This document shows positions 39,701 to 52,590 of a stretch of 64,000 bases of DNA, piece by piece. A program made the position numbers and the translations under genes. Every line of letters starts with the position of its first letter. Positions within the stretch are counted from its first letter, which is position 1. Under the pieces are notes generated by a model. That model saw only the letters and a list, made by a program, of their open reading frames with translations, did not search any database and was not told where the DNA came from. The stretch is from Ruditapes philippinarum. Lineage: Eukaryota. Where the stretch lies: NCBI RefSeq assembly GCF_026571515.1, contig NW_026852589.1, forward strand, positions 1 to 64,000, read 5' to 3'.

Positions 39701-42700
39701 CTAATTGAAAAAAGCCAAAGTGACAAAAATGGATTCCAAAAACAAAATATTCATACCTTATGTATTCAAATATGTTTTATATATAACCACCGAATATCAA
39801 AACGATTTTCTACATTTTCATTGCCAAAAATGTCACTGACTTTTTTTTTGAAACTGAAATTAATTTGTGTTTTGATTATCAATTATCAATCAGCCTTTCC
39901 TTCACGCTTTGATATGTAATGTTCACTATTTTAGAAAGGACTTTCCTTTAACCAGCCGCGATCATACCTAGTATTTCCATATTTAAAACACACACATGCT
40001 GCATTTACAGTCGTTGAGTAGAATACTATATATGAATTTGCAACAATAATCAATTTGCTTCATGACCTAGTCTTTTGCAATTTATTTCTCCTTAATATGT
40101 CTGTCAAACCGGCTGTCTTACCAGAAGGTCAGTATGTCCTTAAGGAATTGTCAAGATTTTCTAATTAGTACTTACTATGTAAGACAAATGGCATTACTTT
40201 TAGTTTTAATTTGATTACAAGTTAACACGTTGAATCAAGTGTTCAACTGGCAATAATTGAACACGGTTATTAGCCTCACAAGGTTTTAAAATACCTGTTG
40301 GCATATTAACTTCATTATATGTTTAAGAGAATAACACATAATAAAAATGCAAAATTCAAAATTATAGATTATGTTTATAATTGATGTCGTTTTCATGTAC
40401 CAAATTAAAACATTTTCAACAGTACTCGAACGATTTAAGCTTTATTTTAAGATATCCCCTGTAAAGTAAACACTTATCTTGTAAAAAAACAACAACATAA
40501 TAGTAAATTCTGAAATAAACAAATGCTATGCAATGCTATAAATGTTCTTAAAAAAACAGGTAAGAAAACACTATTTTGATTTACATACATTTATCATATA
40601 AAATATTTAACAAGGAGAAAATAACTCCTTTTTTATAAACTTAAGACATTAAAAGCTGTCTGTCTCATCCCAAAATGTTGTTTTTTTGTCGATTCTATCA
40701 TAATTATGTAAAAATGTATTTATTTTGAAGAAATATGTCTGAACCAACAACCTATGGAAAACAATATTGGAAACGGGTGATCCATCGGAAGCAATAATCA
40801 CACCAAAGTTACCTGACAATTTAAGACTCGATTTCATTTTATCTGTACATGAGGGACAATAAAAAAGAGCAACATCACTTACGTCCCCTTGTACTGGCAT
40901 AAGCGGTACTCATTTTTCAACACATAGATTAACTGCAAATGGTGATCCCAAAAGACCATTAAAAATAAAAACACTAACATGAACTACGGAGCAACCTTTG
41001 ACAGCTGCCACATGGCACTTGGTTTCTGCCTTTATAAAGTATAAAAATCTGGAAAAGTGTGTACATTCAGATTATTTTCCAAGAATTAAATACCAATAAA
41101 TTGACAGACCCACCAGTTTATTGTTACAAAATATGGGCAAATCATTTCTTAACCATGTAATCAATAATAACTTTCTCGCCATAGTCATTTAGCTAATATT
41201 CTAACTGCATTGTATGATTTATGTTGCTTTTAACTGCACAGTTGAACCATTGAAGCATGATATTATGTAATTGAATTATGTTTCAGTAACAGTATATTAT
41301 AATGACACATGTTGTGAACGTAATGTATTCAGGAACATGTTATTCTGTTTTTAAAGGTGGCAGCTTTCTATATTTCAAATATACATACATTATGTTAACA
41401 TAATGCAGTTGCACTTATATCACATTTTCGGTTGATTTATTGCATAAATAACTTCTCCGTCTACACTAGCAAACTACAAATTTCTGCTAAATGGGCAAAA
41501 CAATTAAAGACCTCACATATTAAATTGTATTGTGAAAGGGTTTTCTCCGTTTAACCAGTTTACAAGTAAGGGTGCTGCTTGAAACGAGTGTACGTTTTAG
41601 GGTTACCTGATAAACAGCAAAAATAAACACTTTTATCTCTCAATGATTTAATTACCTGTGCCATGTTTCTTGAAAATACTTAAATTAGACATTATTACAT
41701 AACAATCACATATTCAATTTATGGCCTGAAACTGTACTCGGCTATAAATTGAAATTATTATGCCAATGCTTTGAAGTTTGCTTTTGTAATAGCATGACTT
41801 ACTTCAACGTTTTTTAAAATTTGTTTAAGCTCCATTTGTCCTCCAATGATTTAAGATATAGTCGAAAGTAATTAAATGTTCTCGTGTGAAACTGAAACCT
41901 GCTATTTACTGTTATTTCGTTTATTTCTATCAAAACACATTTTGAAATCAATCCGGACGTGCTTTCCTATTTACCAATGTAGGATTTCGTCTTATTTAAT
42001 TTATTATTTCACAGAGTTTAATGTAGAAACGTTACAAATAATTCAATTTAAACCCCAATTTATTCATTTGATTATCTTTCTCCGGTTTTCTAAGGTTTAA
42101 CATTATACGGGATTTCTGAAAAAATGCATTTAGTAAATTTAAAATATCTTTTTAACAACATTTTACTTAAACAGAAGTTTGGTTTTCCTGTATACATCCA
42201 AAAATTTAAATTTTATGTTTTGTTTTGAAAAATGCATCAAGAAAGTCAAAATATATATTATACTTGTAGAATTTCTGACCACAAAAATGTGATTTTCCCT
42301 GCATCGGTATCACTGTGTTGCGTTTTAGAAATAATATCGGCCTCTTTTTGTGTTTATCGGCTATTTTACACGGCTTTGGAGCTTTGATACCGTTTGCCTG
42401 AGTGTGTGTTTTTTTGTTGTTGATGGTTTTCTCTTGTTCGCATCAAAACGACAAAACCGATGTTAAATAGCCGCATTAAATAGCACCACTCAGACATTTT
42501 GTCGTTTCTAACAAATTAAAAGGGAGATAGTTAACACTACTTTTTTAAGCGGAGATTGCTTCAGCTGCCAATGTTCTTAACATGCTGGTATTTCGCAACC
42601 TACTGTCGCTAAGGTATCAGATTATTAAAGAAAATAAAAAATAGAAAAAATGTATTATCGAATTTTTCTAAAATCAGTAAATCAAGCTTTAAACAATTTA

Positions 42701-42783
42701 AACGCTAGTGTCAGGCTGGATAATTTAGTGTTTGTATCGGTGCTCTACAATTAATTGTCCAACCCTACTCATGTCGGTTTCAC

Positions 42784-42885
42784 ATGACGTAATCCAAGCG
42801 CCTTTATGAGTGAGATTCATACTTAAGATGACGTCGTTACGCTGCGTGTGAATTGGCGCAGATTTTTTGTTATATAAATTGCACT
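42784..42885 (+). promoter_or_regulatory. Paralog of the CRE/CCAAT/TATA-like element
   Basis: ATGACGTAA ... ATGACGTCG ... AATTGGCGCAG ... TATATAAA. Confidence 0.4.
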
Positions 42886-43469
42886 AATTAATATTGTAAA
42901 TAAACCTTTGGCGTTAATGTATGTAAGATTCATTTTGCAACATATCAAAAGAAAACATAATAAGACCGCGTTGTTATTGTTGCCTTAAAGGGCTTTATAA
43001 ATTATTTTATCCGAGAGAGAAAAAAACCGCATATAAATGTATTCCCTAACCAGTGTTTTGGCAGTATTACTTCGTTTTCTTTTCTTGTTGATTATACTCG
43101 TAGTGATAGAATCAGGAGGAGTGTTAGAATAAACTTTGCTAACCGTAGCTTGTCCTATATATTCAATCTTTTCCCTGTATATCTACCAATCTTACTCATA
43201 ATTGGTGTTTTTTCAATAAATGCATTTTAAAAGACATTTAAACAAGTTATGTCAGATGAGATATTTAACTTAAATGTTGCTTTTACTTCTCGTAGAAAAT
43301 GGCGAATGTTCATTAACAATCTAGCATGCCGCTGTGATACAGTAAGAACAAAGAAATCATGCACTGAAACGCACCGATGTCATAAAAGTTACACAGCGAG
43401 ATAGTTACTAACTTAATATGGTTGGCGACGACTAAATACCCTTCATCCACTGAAAGTTGTGAACACCTT

Positions 43470-45270
43470 ATATACAAGTACCAATGTTGATGCAATGCAG
43501 CAATTGAGAAGTTCCACGCACAAAATGCGCTCATTACAGATACCTTACCAAATCATTCTTACACATAGGTCACTTCTTATTTACATTTAGTACTACTGTA
43601 CATTATTCCCGATGTTTTGTAAATCATTAAAATTTGCAAAACTATACTTATCGTATGCACTGTCCATGAGAGAGGGGCCAGATATTAAATTTTAAAAATA
43701 TGCTTTCACTGAGGCCTAGCTGGTAATGAAACTTATTCCAATACAAAAAAGAGAGTTACAAGATTTGTAACGTGACATGACAGTAGTGCAGCATTGTTCT
43801 GTTTGTGTCACTACTGTAGTCAGTAATATTATATGATAAAAAATATCAAAGCATGTACCTTTTCTTTTTCACCTATAATGCTACTCATTTCTACAAATAT
43901 CAACACCTTATCATGGTAAGAAATATAGAAATCCATATGTAAATAAGCCAAAACAAAAACTTCCATCGACTATTAAATGTCTGTTACATGTTTCCCGGCA
44001 AATGGTATATCATGATATAACAAGAAAAGCATTGATGTAAAGCATCAAAGGGCGTCCAAACAAGAAATGCAGCAAGTGACGATGAGCTAAGTGGCATCTG
44101 ATAACCACATTTTCTTATATTCATATTTTCAATGGTCAATTGTATATCATAGACGCGTGGGCAAATGGCATAGTTTATCATGAACTTAGTAGGTTTGCTA
44201 GCGATTAGAATATTAAATGTATTCTCTTTGGAACATACAATACAGTAATCAAAATAAACAAAGTCTGTTGTTTGTTATTATTATACTTGTAAAAAATTAA
44301 CAAACAGTATGTAAAAGTAGTAACAAAAGGAACTAATATAGTAATATTTCATACATATTTTTCATGTCAAATTAAAAAAAAAGTTTCTTTTAATACATGG
44401 GACTTAAGATACAGTAGTTATAGTTTAAGTCCCAGATACATAATGAAAGTAGAACAGACACTGGAATGAAAAATTTGGGATGAACTTCAAAAACAACAAC
44501 AAAAAAAAAAAAAAACAATTTCACGATTTTTTTTGTTTGTTAAACACGTAAACAAAAATAATGGTACATTAAAAATCATGAACTAATTTGCATGGCATGC
44601 TGATATGGTGAGACATTATTTATCAATACAATGGAAGACTGTCACCTGAATTTTAGACAGCTTTGGGGAAAGCTATTGTTAATTTTATTATTGGGAGACC
44701 AATCTATCAAAAATTCGGGAAATCGGGGTCGATTTAATTATCCACGGTAAGAAAAAGGTCAGAAGTACAATCAGTGGAACTATTAATTTACCGGAAAGTA
44801 CCTACGGATAAGATAATGCTATGATACAACAATTCGTAAAACTTTCATACTTATTTTTTTCGATAAATTTATAAATTTATTGTTGAATATGTTTGCATTT
44901 CATTTCCTGCAAACTTCTCCACTTCGTTTTTTAAGACCATAGCGCGTTATTCAATACCATAGCGCGACACGAATGACCGTTACGTTTAGTTTCAGGCGCG
45001 CTCAACTAAAACTTATTCTATATTTATAGATTTTTGTGAAATTTATTCCCATTCTTATTCATTAATATGACATGCTACGAATCATCGAAGGGGAACCAAA
45101 ATATGACTTTACATAATAGAAATCGGAAACAATTCTTCTTTCCGAATTTATTTTTAAATGTAAATCGAAGCGATTAATTGATAAAAATATGGTCCATGGA
45201 CAAAGAAACACAAATAGCTCCGCATCTTTGGGCACGGAGCATTTACCACGTCCAACTACTCAGTCCAAAC
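43470..45270. mobile_element. About 1.8-kb insertion specific to copy 2, probably TE-derived
   Basis: Copy 1 runs AACACCTTA...CTAAATCTTCGATGAAAGT contiguously (16971-17007), whereas copy 2 splits these at 43462 and 45273. Short inverted ends TGTCCATG (43661) and CATGGACA (45195) lie inside. Confidence 0.5.
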
Positions 45271-46420
45271 CACTAAATCTTCGATGAAAGTATATTTTCT
45301 ATATAAAAAATAAAAGACAAAATTCAGGTTTGGTAAAAGTACTTTCAAAAGTCTTATATTGAATAAATCTAAATTTTGTAAACATTGTGTATTCAGAGTG
45401 TATTCAGATTAAAGAAACAAATTATGTTAAATGATTTAAATAGGTTAAAGTAACCTTATTTTTTTCAGTGACAGACACATACATTGATAAATGAAAGTTA
45501 TTTTCGGACTGATGGTACTTTTTCGGAAACGGAAAAACGCGAGCCAATCAAACGTTAAATTTGCTTTTTTAGAATATTGGTCTTGTAAAAGTACATTGGA
45601 GTGTCTATTTTCGAATTAACCTTATTTGTATTAGCATTATTGATTAACAGCTTATGTTCAATGATGCTAATATGCTTAAGCAATATTCTTACACATTTTT
45701 TGTCTTCCTCTTATTCCCCTTCTTTTTTTCTTAATGATAATTCTTCTTCTCATTTTACAGGAAGAAAAGATCTTTATTTCTGTAGAAACACTACTTGCCT
45801 GTAGTTCTGTATTGCTGGATCGCTCAGGGGCGCATTCATTGAATGCCACCTTTCCTTGATGATCTTGTTTTTCATATTTCATACTTGTTTTGTTTGTTTT
45901 TTTTTGTTGTTGTTGTTTGTATGCAATGGAACCTTGTCATATGTTATCAATTATATCTCTCAAGAATACTGAGTCTTCTACTTTTACATGATAGAGTTTG
46001 CTATATCAAAAGATGATACTCTTTACTACTGCATCACATTTCTTGAACTGAACTGACATTACATTAGCATTAAAGAATTGAAAACGGTACTTTGAAAATA
46101 TTGCAATATTTTCAACCTGGTGTTTGATGGATGCTATTTATAAACTGATTTGATCTCTGTGAACCACATTTAATATTTTAAGCGTTGTGCAATCAACATA
46201 GAGCACAGATCAAAATTAAAGTTTCATTGCAAAAATGTTTGTATATTCGTACACTCCTTAGTTATATGATTTTTTGATTTGTCCCTTTTTATAAAAAATA
46301 TAAAAATATGATTGAATATCGAAATAGAACATTTACAAAAGAAATTCAAGTATTGTTATTAAAACTAACCGTATAGCATTGCTGTTAATACATTTATATA
46401 CGTTATATACGTTTCGAGTA

Positions 46421-47202
46421 TAGTCTGATGTTATTGGCCTGTCAATTATGAATACATTATAGCACTTATTTTTAATATTCGACTCCACTTCGGTTCTGTC
46501 CATATAGTTTACGAGAATTAATATGGAGTATTTATAACTGATGTTTGGTCAACTAACATTAGCGTTATGTACAATGTATATGTTCTCCTCACATCCGCAA
46601 TAGCACAGTCGATTAGGTGATTACCTCATATATGAGAGGTCAATGGTTCGATCCCTACTTCTGTCATTGCTTTTTTTAGACATTTTCATTTGTTATTCTT
46701 ATGTATATTTTAATGAAGATGACCAAGTGCTTGCAAAGTTGTCTACACGGATATAAGAAAATTTAGATCACTGATTTGTCTCGTTTTGTATTGTATTTTC
46801 GGCACTGAAATGACATTTATTGATTTTACACCAAATGAACTTTAAATATTAATTCTTAAACTATGTTATTTAAAAAAGGAATTGTCTATACCAAAATAAA
46901 TGCAAGACATATTATAAAACAAAAAAGACAACATTAAACATCATAGCTTTAAAAATGTTGAAAATAGTTATAAATAAAGAAAAATATGGACATACGCCAA
47001 CATGTAGGACTTTTAGAAATTATAAAGCTGCAGCTTACCCAATGTTTAACGGTTAGTGTAATTCTTTGCTGAAAATTTGTATTTAATCACATCTTACTAC
47101 TCACATCTCACGAAATTTACCGAATATTTATCAAAGATTAATATATTGTGTGCATTGACCGTATAATCAGTATGCAATTGACAGGTTAATAAAATCGAAC
47201 AA
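46421..47202. mobile_element. TA-flanked MITE carrying a tRNA-like segment
   Basis: Imperfect TIRs TAGTCTGATGTTATTGGCCTGTCAATT and TTGTTCGATTTTATTAACCTGTCAATT (reverse complement), with TA on each side. Absent from copy 1 (about 18175). Internal TAGCACAGTCGATTAG ... GAGGTCAATGGTTCGATCCC at 46601-46655. Confidence 0.7.
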
Positions 47203-48089
47203 TAAGCGTGAATGAATATCATCTTAATTTTTATAGTAAGTCAAGCAAGCAATGCATAACACTTCCGTTTTTGCAGTACGGTTATAGTGATTTAGTTTTT
47301 TACATGGTAATCGCGATACTACTTTGGTTACATTTTTCTACTTGAATGACTTAGTATTTGCGCTACTCGCATCATGAAACAAGCATCTACCTCGATCTAA
47401 AACAATTCTTTAAACGTTATAATTATGTGAAGTAACATTTTTGTTTCGTTTTTAAGATATGAAGTGCCTATTTTATTACCAAATATTGAAACAACTGATA
47501 CTATATAAATATATTACATACATATCTTAAATATTACATTTTTTTTAATTTAACAATATTGAGTTCTCACACAATAAAAAATAAACAAGCCTTACTTCTG
47601 TCAGCTTAGTGAAACTACTAAACATTTCATTAAAACATATATTATAACGATGTAATACTTGTGTAAAAGATAAGGCAGTTGTTTAATATTGCACTGCATA
47701 GACGAGAGAAAATATGGTATAACCTCATCAAATTATACATGCAGAACAGAAGTCAATTAGTTAAAACAATGATTCATCCTTTATTTTCCATTATTCTTAT
47801 TTGACGTCGGTAGGAACTGCTCCAATGCGTTACATTCTGCCGAAAAGCTACCTTAAGCGAGTGTTGTGAGAAGGAAGTTTGAAAATGATTCTTTGTTAGA
47901 TGTTTGTACTTTCCATGAGAATGTCACCAGTAGCAGACAAATCCGTTTTTATCCGTCATCAGTTATTATGATATAAAACTGACATTTCTGGATAACAGTT
48001 CTTCTTTATCGGATTATGAAGAAGAGAATGTCTTCCTACACCATTTTTATAAACATTTTATGTAGCTTACATTGTCAAAATATGATTAA

Positions 48090-48738
48090 AGTTACATTAA
48101 ATAAATTTCATAAAAAAAGAAATAGCGACATTTCATTATAATAAATTAGGTTTCATATCGACTCCAGATCTTATTTTGGTGTCCAGACAACCAAAATGAG
48201 TTTAATGAGCATACAAATGTGCAACCTCATTGTGGCGAATTCTGTAGTACAATTTCTGTTTGCATGAGAAACTCCGCCTTCGGATCATCCGTACATAAAT
48301 ATTAAATCAACAAACATGACTATAAGTAGCCGTCCTAATTTAACAGTATATTTCCGCATTATAACGGATATTTTCATACTAATTTAATCTTTTTTATGAG
48401 ATGATTATTTTTTTCTGAACCACAGGCCTCGTGCACCGTGAAGCTTAAACGGTAAAAAGTGTGTTTGCACAAGAAAATCTTATATTTGCTGTGTTCCGGA
48501 TAGCAACTATAACACCGTGACGTAGCGCATACACGAGCTGATTATAGTCTTCATTTGCATGTTAAAATTCGTATACGAACTTTAGTGTTACCCTGGGGTT
48601 TTCCATTTAAAATCCTAATTTATGAACAATATTTGATGAGATTCACAACGATTCTGTTAAAATGGTTAATGAAACTGTAGAATGCTTGGTTTTTAGGCCG
48701 ACAGCAAAAATATTTTAACATATTTTTTTAGTGTAGCT
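48090..48738. mobile_element. Kolobok-like non-autonomous DNA transposon (TTAA TSD, AG termini)
   Basis: TTAA|AGTTACATTAAATAAAT ... ATTTTTTTAGTGTAGCT|TTAA. Empty site in copy 1 at about 18920. Confidence 0.8.
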
Positions 48739-48857
48739 TTAATTCCAAATAGATTCTTCCATCTGTATACATAAGTCAAGCTTTACTCACTTATAAAGAA
48801 ATGAATTAAATGTAAATAAAATTATAGTTTTTCTGTTATACATTCAATATTTAGTCT

Positions 48858-48983
48858 CCTCAGGTGACCATAAATAATGTACAAAAGGGCAACAGAGGTA
48901 TTCCTCAACAAGTTAAGCTGAAACATCGCTAAATGACCTATACTGTGTCAGTGTGTCGAAAACCCAATCAAACAAACAAACAA
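48858..48983 (+). mobile_element. 5'-truncated copy of the same SINE family
   Basis: CTCAGGTG..AAATAATGTACAAAAGGGCAACAGAGGTATTCCTCAACAAGTTAAGCTGAAACATCGC..ATGACCTATACTGTGTC with a (CAAA)n tail matches the 3' half of the SINE at 25915-26212. Confidence 0.85.
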
Positions 48984-51900
48984 TGTTTGTTCTCATTCAT
49001 TTTAAGATTAATTCTTAAACTCTGATATATATTCAGAATCTGTAAATATATTTAATACTATAAAAATGAGACAAAATGATCGTTTGATGATTTTTGATAT
49101 AAATAATACCTTTTTGAGATTCCTATCAATATATAAATAAGTAAACAAAAACTGTGATAAGAAATTATGAGTAAGTAGAGAGACTTGCTATTTAAATTAA
49201 GTGCATGAAAGTATTTTAATGTATATAAAATTTTTAAAACTAACGACAATCCGCTACAGGAATGTAGTTTAACATCTGCCTTAATCAAGTATTGCATTTT
49301 AATGGTTTTTTTATGATTTCAATAGGATTATTTTGCTTAACAAAATTTATCGTGAAATTATATTAATTGTGAGATAAAGTCTTTTGAAAGTTGCCTTTTC
49401 TTTAGTTTGTTTCCATAACAACAATTTTGTACTCGTATATTTTACGAACTTCCAGTGTAGGTGGTATGTGGCTTGTAATAACTTTTTTCCAGATATTGTA
49501 ATTATCTTAATTTGTTTTAATTTTGCTTTAATTGTACACATTTTGTTCGTATTGTAGCATACTTAATATATTTATTTGATTTTTAAGTTTATTTTTCATA
49601 TGTATCAATTTAATATTGTCTATTGTTTTTGAATTAAGTGATTGGTTTTATGTTACAGTAGTGGTTTTAAATTTTAATTAGCCTATCAAAGTTCACCAAA
49701 GACACAAATTGGGTTACCGAATGTAATAAACATAAATTCAGTTTCTGAATAGCAAATGAAGTGCAAATTCGTTTGGTAAAAGTACATTGAACTATGTTAT
49801 GCCGAATTAAACGCAATTTGTTTAACATATCGATATCATAGGATATTAACAGATTACGTTTAGTGAAGCGAATGTTATCAGTTCGGTAAATGATATTTAT
49901 GAGCCAGGTCAACGTTTGAAAAAAGTGACATTATGATCATTTTTTTTCTCTGTTACTTTGAGCCGAACAATCTTTTAATTTCAAAGATTCTATATTATCT
50001 TTATATTTTAAACAGAAAAAGTATCCATCCTTATAATATGGTATGACAATGCTATTTCATTTTCTATTTGTAAGTATCTTGGTGTTGTATAAAAGGAATA
50101 CAAGCAAAAGTCGGGAAGATATAATTAATCCTTGCATTCCCGTTAAAACATCTAAAGACGCGTGAATAAAAATTTAGAAAATAAAGTTTCTACAATTTGA
50201 AACAAAATGTCGTTCATTTATTAACATCCGGCAATTTGCCAATTTGTGTGTTTGTTTAATATGCTTAATCAAAAATTTATCTTATAAGTTATTTTATAAA
50301 ACATTGGACAATAAAGAGAAACACATCTTATTAAAGCACTTGAAACCTAGCAAAAGAGTAATTGACATAGTTTCTTTGGAAACAAAATGTTTGTTTACGA
50401 TAGCTGAAACAATTTCAAATACAAAAATGCATATAGCAATCATATTCTGTATTGAAGAAACGGATGATGTAATTCCGTATTTATATATTTGTAATTGCCA
50501 AACAGCTGTCACATAAATTGTACGCCTTTCATCAAAGATAAGATTAATGCAAGGCGGCAAACGTAAACATAGCGATAATAAAGTATGTGTATTGTTTAGA
50601 CATTCATAAAATTTAATGAATATGTAATGAAGCTCTTAATGCGTGGCGGAGTCTTTATGGAAGACAACTGACAAAAAAAAATGTTAAAATATTCTTATTT
50701 AGAATAAGAGGACATGCTCCATATCATATACATAAAAATGAATAGAGATGGCATCGTTAACCAAAGTGTATTGCATATACAGATAGAAGATAACAAACAA
50801 TAAAGTCGGTAAAATGTTATTTCCACTTCCGTCATCTTTTATAACAAAAAAAAACACCAACAAAAAACAAAACAAAAAAAAAACACCAACAAAAAAAGAG
50901 AAAAAGAAATGACATCGTTTTACTAAAAAGTCAGTAAGTGCATGAGTGCGTGCGTGCGTGCATGTTTGCGTAAGTGAATGAGTATAAAAGTTTTTTGTTT
51001 TTTTTTCAACACGTTCTATTACATGACCTTTAGATATCTAATAGCTTATTCTTGATTTCGCTCTTGGTCACGTATCAATTATTGTTTCTGTCTTTCTTTT
51101 TTCATTACATTTAGTTTATGTTCCTTAGTCATTTTTATTATCTTGAGGTCATGATATACATTTATTTTCTATATTTAATTACTATTTTCCAATCGAGATA
51201 TATTTCTCAAAAATGCACTCGCTGTTCGTATTCGATTAATTGACCTCGCAATTTTGCTTGATCACAAACAAATTTCGTTCAATTTTGTTCTGTAAATTAT
51301 CAAGAAAATCGTCTTCCTTAGAAAATAAATCAAAACACCAATATTTTAAATTCAGTCATTAATTAAAGGTGTTGTTTATGGGACGTCACAATGTAGCGCC
51401 AAACAGATTGTGCATAAACAGTCAAAACTAAAACGCTATTTCAATGTCGCAAACTAATTAAATTTCACATTTACGAGTATTTCACTATAAAAACTATATG
51501 TCGTAAATTAAATAAAAACACACACTTTTTCAACGTTGTCCAAAATTCATTTAGTCTCAATATGTTTCTGCAAACTGTTGACTTAACGACAGCTTTTGTT
51601 TTCAAACGACTGGAACAGCCGTTAAAGGACGTTTGTTACTGAAAGTTTCTGGAAACTCTGAGGCGAAACCAAATTTAACCACCAAGCAAATAGTCCAGCT
51701 ATATATTTTTCCTTGATGTGTTAGAATGGAAAAAGATATTAATTTTTCGTGCATTTTATAGAGGATATAGTTTTATACTGAATATTATTTTATTCAACGA
51801 TTGTTACTGATTCGCAAAAGCGATATGGGTATTGATAAAGTATAATAATGCACGTTTTTCTCTTGTGTTTTTTTTTTCAAATGCTTCCGGCCTTTGTGAT

Positions 51901-52548
51901 TATATTCCTACGCATTTGGACTTAAACCGTGCATTATTCAACAACAGTGCACTCAGAATTATTATCCAGTTTCTAATTAACCTAATCTATAATTCTAAAT
52001 GAACATTCTTTTACTAGGTAGGTATGAATGTATTACACTTAGAACGTATTAAGTAGCTTAAGTGTAATCAAATTAAGTATAGGATAGCCATTGAGTTTGT
52101 ATCCTATTTAAATAATTAAAATAAAACTTATACTTTTGTCTTAAGATATATATGAGATACATAGATAAAGTTATAAAAATAAAACGATTAAGAAGAAAAA
52201 GAGATAACATCCTAGAATTTAAACTTTTGCTACATGACATTGTACTGGATAAAACAGAAAAAAGAGATTCTGAAAATATTTCGATTTAAATAAAGCCAGT
52301 TCTGTTCAAGAACGAAATTGGATTGATGTTTGATTATTATATCGGCGCAAAGACAGATTGACTGTTGATAGCATATTTGTTTTATTTCTTGGGGGATTTT
52401 TTTTATTTCTTCTTAAATGGAAAGTGACATGCAATTTGCCTGAAATACACACTTTTTTACATTGATCAAAATGAATGAAAAAAAAAGAAAATTAAACATT
52501 CTACTCCTTAAAGAATATTACATGTATATGGACATTGAACCTCTCCAA

Positions 52549-52550
52549 AT

Positions 52551-52590
<40 letters not shown>
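52549..52590 (+). repeat. (TTTA)n microsatellite
   Basis: About 10 TTTA units. Confidence 0.9.

Larger units (their letters stand above)
24340..51770 (+). repeat. Tandem segmental duplication, copy 2 (about 27 kb, enlarged by TE insertions)
   Basis: Same anchor order as copy 1, roughly 75-95% identical by eye. Extra inserts at 26902-29801, 30133-31917, about 43470-45270, 46421-47202 and 48090-48738. Confidence 0.95.
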
